NCBI GenBank assembly: GCA_965204945.1
Contig: OZ242022.1
Location: 3,554,333 to 3,618,332, forward strand
Reading direction: 5' to 3'
DNA: 64,000 nt
Source: Limisphaerales bacterium
Lineage (GTDB): Bacteria > Verrucomicrobiota > Verrucomicrobiia > Limisphaerales > AAA164-E04
In this document: positions 57,117 to 64,000 of the stretch, piece after piece
Position numbering within the stretch: position 1 is the first letter of the stretch
Layout of the letters: each line of letters starts with the position of its first letter
Made by a program: the position numbers and the translations under genes
The notes under the pieces: model-generated
Told to the model about the DNA's origin: nothing
The model's database searches: none
What the model saw: only the letters and a program-made list of their open reading frames with translations

Positions 57117-58311
57117 ATCCCCGGCAATGATGACTGGCGGCGGGCGACGCCGTCAAGCACTTTTCGCACCAGACCACCGGCGCATCTCCGGCCGTCGCTT
57201 GGCCGCGCGGTTGCAGCGACCATTCCCGGTTCTCCTCCGGCAGTCCGTGCTTTCCTGAGTTGTCCGCCAAGTCCAGAATGATGTAGTTGCCGCCATCCGG
57301 TTTGGGGCGCAGTCCCCGTCCCTCATTTGCAAGTAGATCGCCAGACTCATCGTAGGGCGGGTGATAAGAACGCAAGAGGCGTCTGGCAAATCAAAGCCTT
57401 CGGTGGCGATAAGAACGTTGACCAGCACTTGGACGCGGCCTTCCTTGAAACCCGTCGATGGCAGCTTTCCGTTCCGCGGGCGGAGTCTCGCTGAGGAGAA
57501 CCGCTGCTTTGACACCGGCATCGTTGAACACGGAAGTCAGGTTGCGGGCGTGTTTCTTCGAGACTGCGTAGGCGATAGTTTGCCGGTTGCCTGCATGTTC
57601 CTGCCAAAACTGCAATGCGCCGGCGGTCATAATGTTCGGGGAGTTGGCCTGCTCAATCCCGCTTTCGGTGTAATCGCCAAGCGTGCGGTTAACGGCCCCG
57701 CCAATGATGCGCTGCTTCGGCGGCGGCATCAGTGTTTGCGCTGGGCACAGATAGCCTTGCGCTTGCAGTTCCGCAACTTGCGGCCCGCAGAGCAGTTCGT
57801 CAAAGAGATGGTCAAATCCTTCTTTTTCCGACAACCGCCAGGGCGTAGCCGTCATTCCAACTACGGGGCCGGGCCACTGGTGGATTGCCCGTTCCCAGCC
57901 TTTGGCGGCTGCGTGGTGGGATTCGTCAACAATCATCAGATCAGTAGGGCGGTATTGGTTCCAAACTTCCCGTCGGGCGGTTTGGAGGCTGACCTTCTGC
58001 GCCATGAGAATGACTACTCCGCCGGCCATTGCCGGCGCGCCATCGCCGGGTGTCCATCTCACATTGGTAATGACAGAAACGCCGGCTTTGGTGAGCATTT
58101 CCCGTGTCTGCTTGGCTAGTTCCTTGCGATGGGTGAGCCAGACGGCTTTGCGCCCGCTGGTCAGCCAATCTACCAGCAGATCGCCGGCGATAATGGTTTT
58201 GCCGCCTCCGGTGGGCAGTTGCATCATCAAGCGGACCTTAGGATTGGATACCAGCACATCTTGCACACGGTCCAGCAATTCCTGCTGATAGCGACGCAGT
58301 TCAATAGCCAT
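57028..58311 (-). pseudogene. RadD-like SF2 (DEAH/ResIII-type) helicase, reading frame broken at least twice
   Basis: Motif I QLPTGGGKT, motif II IVDESHH and motif III TATPWRL lie in ORF 57391-58311. Motifs V-VI (VNVLIATEGFDLPD, ITRPTMSLAIYLQM | RGRGLR) are spread over ORFs 57153-57521 and 57028-57375, followed by a Zn-ribbon WCEKC...CRGC. The breaks are at short homopolymers (57448-57453 and 57320-57322). Confidence 0.75.
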
Positions 58312-58368
58312 AATGGAGACCCCTTTTGTTTGGTCGGCTTTCGCTCAATAACATGTCGAGAATCTTTA

Positions 58369-59046
58369 TTATTCTTGCTTGTTAAATAATTTGCTTAGTC
58401 TTTCTCGCACTGCGTCAATTTTCATAAGTTCTCGCAAAAAGTAGGCCAAGTTCCTCTCTTGATCTTTGCCTCTGCTTTTTACAATCTCATCATAATCCAG
58501 TTCCAATAAGTTGCAAAATTCCCGCCCAGTCAGAACTTCGCCAATATTGATCTTGTTCTTCAGTCCCTCTACAATTGCCTTTTTGCTATCCTGATTAAAG
58601 CAACAAATATATGGCTGGACAGTATAGTGGATACGATGCGCATTCTGCTGTGTAAAGGCGTGCAGCATTCTCCTTTCAGCAGACGCTTTTTTGATATCGA
58701 ACTGATGGCCGTCTTTGAGTTCAATAACGTAGCAAGATTGTTTATCATCTCGCCTTTTGAATATTAGAAAGTCAGGCTCCGCTTCAGAAGAATCCAAGGT
58801 ATTGCACCTTTTGATTTGCAGTTTTGTCGCCATAAACACGCCTTCCTGCATAATCTCTATTTCCAAAAAAGCATCCAAATCTTCGATTTGCCGAAGCCTA
58901 TTCTGAATCATTCGTTCCAGTTCGCTGCCGGACGCTATCACCGTTCCTTGCACCTTGCTCATCAGCGCGCCAAGGGCTTTTATTCCGAACAGCCTTTCGT
59001 ATGCTCCTGAACTGCCTGTTGTTTTTCTGTCTTCCAGTTTTGCCAT
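58369..59046 (-). CDS. PD-(D/E)xK restriction endonuclease candidate
   Basis: 225-aa AT-rich ORF with EPDFLIF...x15...YVIELKDG (PD...ExK nuclease core), 7 nt downstream of the methyltransferase gene. Confidence 0.6.
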   Translation of the reverse strand: MAKLEDRKTTGSSGAYERLFGIKALGALMSKVQGTVIASGSELERMIQNRLRQIEDLDAFLEIEIMQEGVFMATKLQIKRCNTLDSSEAEPDFLIFKRRDDKQSCYVIELKDGHQFDIKKASAERRMLHAFTQQNAHRIHYTVQPYICCFNQDSKKAIVEGLKNKINIGEVLTGREFCNLLELDYDEIVKSRGKDQERNLAYFLRELMKIDAVRERLSKLFNKQE

Positions 59047-59053
59047 AGGGCAA

Positions 59054-59776
59054 TTACCCGTTTATATCGCATCCTAAAAAGTTTCTGCGCTCGTTTATTG
59101 CGGCCGTCATTACGGAAAACGAACCTGCAGCTGGATCCACAATAATGTCGCCTTCATTGCTGACGGCGGCGATGAGTTTGCTTTGCAGGTTTATGGGTTT
59201 TTGGTGGGCGTGTTTTCCATTGTTAACAATCTTCTCTTCCCAAATGTCGCGGATGTTGTGGATTTTCCAAACGCCCTTTGCCTTTTTGGGAAGTTTCTGC
59301 AAAACAACTAGATATTCTCCCACTCTTCTGGTGCGATAGCCCATTCCCATTTTTACTTTGTTCCAATTGATTAAGTCTACTATGTCCAACGCCGTTCCGT
59401 CCATCCATGCGCTAAAGCCTTGGCACAAGTGGAACTTGTCCATCCATAGGAATAAATGCCCGGAGTGGATCAGAATTCTGTTTATTTCTTGGATAAACTC
59501 CGCAATGACTTTTTCACTCATTTGCGGCAGTTCCGTTCTTTTTCGGCCTCTTTTTTCGCCTTCGTTGCCGTAACTCATCTTGTCTAATATTCCGCGATAT
59601 TGAGGATCGAAGAATACGACTGGAAAAGATGTTTCCGGCAATTGGGATAAAAACTCCCTGCCTTCCATCTTTAATCGAGTATTTGTTTTTAGATGCTTCG
59701 GCAATGCAATGTTTGGGGTTGTGACATCTCGGACGAGAGAGAATACATTGGCGGTTTTTTGAGTGGATGCATTCAT
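59054..59776 (-). CDS. Site-specific DNA methyltransferase, beta-class (N6-adenine or N4-cytosine)
   Basis: A motif IV variant VVFFDPQY precedes the AdoMet motif I IIVDPAAGSFSVMTAA...FLGCDIN. This IV-then-I order is typical of the N6_N4_MTase family. HLFLWMD and GMGYRTR blocks lie in between. Confidence 0.8.
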   Translation of the reverse strand: MNASTQKTANVFSLVRDVTTPNIALPKHLKTNTRLKMEGREFLSQLPETSFPVVFFDPQYRGILDKMSYGNEGEKRGRKRTELPQMSEKVIAEFIQEINRILIHSGHLFLWMDKFHLCQGFSAWMDGTALDIVDLINWNKVKMGMGYRTRRVGEYLVVLQKLPKKAKGVWKIHNIRDIWEEKIVNNGKHAHQKPINLQSKLIAAVSNEGDIIVDPAAGSFSVMTAAINERRNFLGCDING

Positions 59777-59930
59777 GTTGATTTACGATTTTGGTTTTTT
59801 ATATGCGGAATCAAACAGTGATAAAATAGCATTCGGCAAAGCCCAATGCGGCGGATGTTCTAAAAATCCTTCCGCCGTTGGGTTTTGCTTTTCCAACGGT
59901 TTTTCGGCGTTTGTGAAAAACAGATTTTTA

Positions 59931-62900
59931 TCAGTTCTCTTGGATGGAGACGTCGTCGATGTAGAAACCGGGAAGAGGGGAAACATCATCCGTTTGGAGG
60001 AGGAATTCAACTTTAATTTTTCCGCCAACGGAAGGGCCGGCCAGCCGAATGGAGCGTTGCGTCCAGCCATTGACGGCGCCGGCTTCGCGGAAGACTTCTT
60101 GGAGGATTTCGTTTGAATCGGCGTCGATGATGTTGACTGATACGCTGTGATAATCTTCCTCGATGTCCACACTGTGAAACTCGACAAAGCTCAAGGTGGC
60201 CACGGATACGCGAGACAAGTCAATTTCAGGGGATCGAAGGTAGGCGTCGGTATTCGCTTCAAAGTCGCCGTCCAAGTCTGTTCCATAGCAGTTGGAGCCG
60301 CTAAATGCGGCGCCGGGGCCGTTTTGCGGAGCGCCCAGTTCCCATTCGTCTTGGTTGCCGCCGTGCGTCCATCCCGGAGCGCCGGATTCAAAGTCATCGA
60401 AAAAGAGAGGCGGGGGAGGAAGGGAAACTACTTGATAGAAGCCGATGCCGTCGGACGGCGGCGAAAGAGTAACTTCAAACAAACCTTCTTCTTCCAAGGC
60501 GGAGGGGACGAGGTCGGCCAAGTCGTTCCACTGGTTTTGGGCGAGCATTGTTTTCATTTGCACCGCGTGACTGCGATTGGCGAAGGGCGTAAAGAAAACT
60601 AGGCGAAGATTGCCGTCTTCCATCGTGATGTCTTGGATGCGCAACGGCGCCAATCCTTCCGAAAGAGGTTTTCCGTTGAGGCCGTTGTGGTAGATGGACA
60701 GAATGTCGTTGGGAGACAAGGCTCTTTGCCAAATGCCCAAGTCGTCCATCAATCCTTGATAGGGGCGATCAACTGACGATGGTTGAACTTGGTAGTTGCC
60801 GAGGACGAGGGGGTTGGAGTTGCCCTCGCCCAGCCTGCCACTTAGAGGGGCGCCGACGGCTTCGCCGTTGTGATACCAATGAATGGCGCCGTTTTTTACT
60901 ATGTAGGCAAAGTGTTGCCAAACTTCGGCGGCCACGGTGTTTGGAGGCGTCGAGTAGGGCGTTTTGCTGACGCCGTGCACGCGGGCAATGCCGCCGTTGA
61001 TTAATACAAAGTCGTAGTTGACGTCTTTGCGGAAGACGCGGTCAAAGTCTGTGCCGCCGCTAAAAAGCACCGGATTCAACCATACGGAAATCGTGGCTTC
61101 GGTGCCGAGCGTCAGCAAGTCGTTGTGAGGAATTTCGATGAAGTCGTCTTCGCCGTCGAAGGAGATCGCCTTGCCGACAATTCCTTCGTCAACCAGCGGA
61201 TTGTCGCCAAAGTTGAAGAGGGTTCCATTGAGTTCGTTGTCGCCAGCGTCGAGGAGATTGTCTCCTTCCACGGAGTCAAAGGAATAGTGCGCCGCCAGCC
61301 CGCTGGCAATGTTGTCCAGTTCCTCCACGGTCAGCGCGGCGGCTTGGCTTACGGTTTGGCCTTGATCGTTGGTGACTTGGACGGAGTAAAGGCCGGCGTC
61401 TTTGGGAAGGAGGCGAATCAAAGTCAAACGGTTTTCCGTCGCTCCTTCAATTGGCTCGCCGTCTTTGAGCCATTGATAGCGCACGGGGCGTTTGCCAGTG
61501 GCCACGATTTGGAAAACGGCGCTGGCGCCTTCGAGCTTTTTCTGGGAAAGGGGTTGCACTTCGACAACCGGCGGGCCGGAAACGTCCTTCCCTGCGGCTT
61601 CGAGAATCTCGGACTCTCGAAGGGGACGCGCCCAAATGGACAGCTCATCCAAAACGCCGTTCAAATAGCGGGCAACGGAATCCACTTCGGCGTCATAGCC
61701 GCCGATTGTGAGGACTTCGGAACCAACTTCGCCAAGCCCGCCTTCGGCCGCTTCGCCGATTGGGAAACCGTTTTTGTAGAAGAAAACAAAGCCGCCTTTG
61801 TAGACGATGGTGAAGTGTTGCCATACGTCGAGCTCGACCGATCCTTGCGGCAGGTTGGCTTCCCATCCCTTGCGCGCCACGGTGCCGGGATCTGCCCCGT
61901 TTCCCCGCCGAACCACAATGGTTCGGGTGACGGTTCCGGGGTCGTTGATGACGCGAATGCCGAAGTGATTGCCTTTGCGCAGCACATAGCCGGCGCTGCG
62001 GTTGTAGGTGCCCGCGCTTTCCTCTTCGCCGTAAGTGTTCAGGCGAATCCAGAACGAAAAAGTGGCCTCCGTTCCAAGTTCGCTCAGCGCGGGATTATCG
62101 TCGACGGCAACGACGCTTTCCAGACCGTCAAAGGCAAGGCCGTTGTTGACTTGCCCCGAAGTCCAAGCGTCATCATCGGGGAATCCCAGCAATACGCCGT
62201 TGAGGTCGTTGCCCGAACCGTCAGCCGCGCTCTCGCCGGAAGTTTCGTCAAAAGCCCAATAGCCCGCGCGGCCGGTGTCCAAGTCTTCAACGGGGGTGAC
62301 GGAAAGAACGGCCGCGTTGCTGATGGTTTCGCCGTGATCGTTTTGAACGCGCACGGTGTATTCTCCGGCGTCGGCTTGGGAAACGTCGGGAATGACCAGC
62401 GCGGGCTCGGTTGCCGCGCGAAGGGGTTCTCCGTCTTTGTGCCAAAGATAGCGCAAGACGCCGACGCCGTCTGCGGTGACGCTGAGCATTGCCGTGCCGC
62501 CTTCATAAAGCGTTTGGTTTTGCGGTTGCGAAGCGATTTCCGGCACAGTGGCTTGCGGCGGCAGTTCAAAATCGCCATCGAACACGGCGCGGATTTCCGC
62601 TGAGGAAAGAGGTCGTTTCCAGATCAGAACTTGATCCATCAAGCCGTTGAAGAAGCTGTTTCCATCATCGGAGCCGATGCGCAGAGGCAGTTGGCTGTCG
62701 TCAATCGGGCCGGGAACGTCAACGGAACCTTTGAGTTCGCCGTCAATGTAGGTTTTGGCCGTTGCGCCGTCAAAGACGCCGGCGATGTGATACCAAACGT
62801 CGGCCTCAAGCGAATCTCCAATGCCGGCGGTAAAGTTAGAGCCTCCGTGCTTGACTAGAAAGTTCATGCCGCCGGGGCGGACGCCTTGTAGAAAAAAGTA

Positions 62901-63305
62901 GTTGTTTCCTTTTTCCAGCATGCGGTTGCCGGCGCTTCCAGCGTCTAAGGGAACGTTGGAACGGAACCAAGCCATCACCGTCAACCCTTCGGTAACCTCG
63001 CCTCCGATGGCGTCTGCATCTGGAACTTCAACGTAGTTGGATCCGTTAAAGGCAATGGCGCCGCCCACTTTGCCCTCAACCCATTGGGAGTCGTCATCGG
63101 CAAAGTCCATCAAGATTCCGTCGTTGTTCCCGGCGGAATCCGAAGCGGTGAGGCCGCTGGTTTCATCAAAGTTCCATTCGGCAACGAGTCCGTCTCGAAT
63201 GGAGGATTGGGCTTCGGCGGTCTTTTGAAGGCCTCCGAAGGCAAGCGCGAAAACGAGATAAAAGGGAGCGGATCGAAATAGAAAGTTGTGCATAAGCCAG
63301 TTCAA
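59931..63305 (-). CDS. Large secreted LamG (concanavalin A-like lectin) / Ig-like repeat protein
   Basis: A signal peptide, then three LamG-type modules (each G..A.W.FDE.SG...D.SGN...G.L.....D..W..G..G.A..FDG...V...VW.H....Y.G......Y.NG....LD(E/D)L.IW.R.LS..EI). Two Ig I-set-like modules (...Y.W.KDGEP...DAG.Y.V.V.N..G...S..A.L.V) are interleaved, with a distinct C-terminal beta-sandwich-like domain. Confidence 0.8.
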   Translation of the reverse strand: MNWLMHNFLFRSAPFYLVFALAFGGLQKTAEAQSSIRDGLVAEWNFDETSGLTASDSAGNNDGILMDFADDDSQWVEGKVGGAIAFNGSNYVEVPDADAIGGEVTEGLTVMAWFRSNVPLDAGSAGNRMLEKGNNYFFLQGVRPGGMNFLVKHGGSNFTAGIGDSLEADVWYHIAGVFDGATAKTYIDGELKGSVDVPGPIDDSQLPLRIGSDDGNSFFNGLMDQVLIWKRPLSSAEIRAVFDGDFELPPQATVPEIASQPQNQTLYEGGTAMLSVTADGVGVLRYLWHKDGEPLRAATEPALVIPDVSQADAGEYTVRVQNDHGETISNAAVLSVTPVEDLDTGRAGYWAFDETSGESAADGSGNDLNGVLLGFPDDDAWTSGQVNNGLAFDGLESVVAVDDNPALSELGTEATFSFWIRLNTYGEEESAGTYNRSAGYVLRKGNHFGIRVINDPGTVTRTIVVRRGNGADPGTVARKGWEANLPQGSVELDVWQHFTIVYKGGFVFFYKNGFPIGEAAEGGLGEVGSEVLTIGGYDAEVDSVARYLNGVLDELSIWARPLRESEILEAAGKDVSGPPVVEVQPLSQKKLEGASAVFQIVATGKRPVRYQWLKDGEPIEGATENRLTLIRLLPKDAGLYSVQVTNDQGQTVSQAAALTVEELDNIASGLAAHYSFDSVEGDNLLDAGDNELNGTLFNFGDNPLVDEGIVGKAISFDGEDDFIEIPHNDLLTLGTEATISVWLNPVLFSGGTDFDRVFRKDVNYDFVLINGGIARVHGVSKTPYSTPPNTVAAEVWQHFAYIVKNGAIHWYHNGEAVGAPLSGRLGEGNSNPLVLGNYQVQPSSVDRPYQGLMDDLGIWQRALSPNDILSIYHNGLNGKPLSEGLAPLRIQDITMEDGNLRLVFFTPFANRSHAVQMKTMLAQNQWNDLADLVPSALEEEGLFEVTLSPPSDGIGFYQVVSLPPPPLFFDDFESGAPGWTHGGNQDEWELGAPQNGPGAAFSGSNCYGTDLDGDFEANTDAYLRSPEIDLSRVSVATLSFVEFHSVDIEEDYHSVSVNIIDADSNEILQEVFREAGAVNGWTQRSIRLAGPSVGGKIKVEFLLQTDDVSPLPGFYIDDVSIQEN

Positions 63306-63446
63306 TTAGGAATTTAGCGCAAAGTCAAGCATGCGCCCAAGCGGTTGTCAAGGATTACTTGCCGTTTGGTTTGAGTTGCGAAACCAAAAAATGCGGCGGC
63401 AGAAACGGGGAGGCGAGCGATTTTCTGATTCCATCGGCGCTTTGGG

Positions 63447-64000
63447 TCAAGCCAAGCCTTGATGAAACTCCTGCAAGGCGTTTACGGAATAGCCGCGTTT
63501 TTGGATCGTCGAAATTGCCGAGAGAGTGGCTTCGGCGCTTCCCAAAGTTGTGATGACCGGCACTTCGGCATACACGGCCGTTGTGCGGATTCGAACTTCG
63601 TCGCCGCGCGGCGTTTGCCCTGAAGGCGTGTTGATTACCAGTTGAATCTCTTTGTTCAGCAAGAGATCCAAAGCATTGGGACGCCCTTCGGAGACTTTGA
63701 AAATTTCCCGGACTTGCAAACCCGATTCCCGCAACACGACGGCGGTGCCCGAAGTGGAGATCAACTCAAAGCCGAGCCAGGCAAACTCCCGGGCAATCTT
63801 GCCCGCTTTTGGCTTGTCGCCGTCGCTAACGCTGATAAAAACGCTCCCCTTCAAAGGCAGGGAAAGCCCGGCCGCCAGTTGAGACTTGCCGAAGGCCGTT
63901 CCCAAGTCGGCGTCAATGCCCATGACTTCTCCGGTGGACTTCATTTCGGGCGACAACAAAATGTCCTGCCCGAGAAACCGGTTGAACGGAAAGACCGACT
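63447..64000 (-). CDS. carB: Carbamoyl-phosphate synthase large subunit, C-terminal part (5' end off-window)
   Basis: KSTGEVMGID, then the MGS-like allosteric domain (GSVFISVSDGDKPKA..IAREF..LGFELISTSGTA..L...G......V.KV.EGRPN..DL......QLVINT). The ORF is open to the window edge. Confidence 0.9.
   Translation of the reverse strand, partial: SVFPFNRFLGQDILLSPEMKSTGEVMGIDADLGTAFGKSQLAAGLSLPLKGSVFISVSDGDKPKAGKIAREFAWLGFELISTSGTAVVLRESGLQVREIFKVSEGRPNALDLLLNKEIQLVINTPSGQTPRGDEVRIRTTAVYAEVPVITTLGSAEATLSAISTIQKRGYSVNALQEFHQGLA

Noticed and set aside
61125-62603. 492-aa ORF on the plus strand
   Set aside because: It lies entirely antisense to the LamG/Ig gene, which has strong domain signal. Its product is low-complexity (G/A/V/R-rich) with no motif. 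This is a typical shadow ORF of a GC-rich gene.
63359-63446. Possible third, degenerate copy of the inverted-repeat element upstream of the LamG gene (shares AAATGCGGCG and TCCATCGGC with copy A)
   Set aside because: Only two short blocks match, separated by unrelated sequence. The orientation relative to the downstream gene differs. The similarity is not distinguishable from chance by eye.
1-64000. Search for CRISPR arrays, rRNA genes, transposases, integrases, IS ends, prophage structural genes and toxin-antitoxin pairs
   Set aside because: I found no regularly spaced direct repeats, no rRNA-like conserved strings, and no ORF with DDE, tyrosine/serine recombinase or phage hallmark motifs. 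The two AT-rich islands therefore lack a visible mobility gene in this window.

Overview
This is a 64-kb chromosomal window from a fairly GC-rich bacterium. The gene content looks PVC-superphylum or Verrucomicrobia-like: a PEP-CTERM protein, a prepilin-type N-methylation plus H-X9-DG protein, a MoxR-DUF58-BatA operon, Alternative Complex III, and a giant LamG/Ig secreted protein. That taxonomic call is inference only.

Gene order, left to right:
- a translationally coupled ABC transporter operon (1-3483)
- a roughly 5-kb cell-surface cassette bounded by an imperfect ~115-bp inverted repeat (3532-8752); it contains a PEP-CTERM gene with a G21 tract and a pilin-like gene split at a G7 tract
- MoxR-DUF58-BatA (8897-13024)
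- a HerA/FtsK-like ATPase, then an AT-rich type II m5C restriction-modification island with Vsr and a 2-TM protein (13029-17616)
- aroE, a candidate small RNA, pyrD, a PolB-exo-like exonuclease, a tiny Lys-rich ORF and mutS
- a gene-poor degraded stretch (23.9-25.1 kb)
- a long minus-strand respiratory operon (25060-36534): actABCDEF (Alternative Complex III), then a cbb3-like module whose CcoN homologue appears to have lost all heme/Cu histidine ligands
- tRNA-Cys
- a nuoB-N complex I operon (37104-52830); it has no nuoA, is interrupted by two A-rich secreted-protein genes between nuoB and nuoC, and carries an antisense tRNA-Gln between nuoE and nuoF
- a NanM-like beta-propeller fused to a sodium:solute symporter
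- a second AT-rich island (55551-59776) with an N6/N4 methyltransferase, a PD-(D/E)xK endonuclease and a RadD-like helicase that is frameshifted three times and appears to continue into a protein carrying an RNA polymerase alpha-CTD-like domain
- a 1124-aa LamG/Ig secreted protein
- the 3' part of carB

No CRISPR array, rRNA, transposase or integrase was seen. Several reading-frame breaks sit in short homopolymers, so sequencing error and genuine phase variation or pseudogenisation cannot be told apart from the sequence alone.
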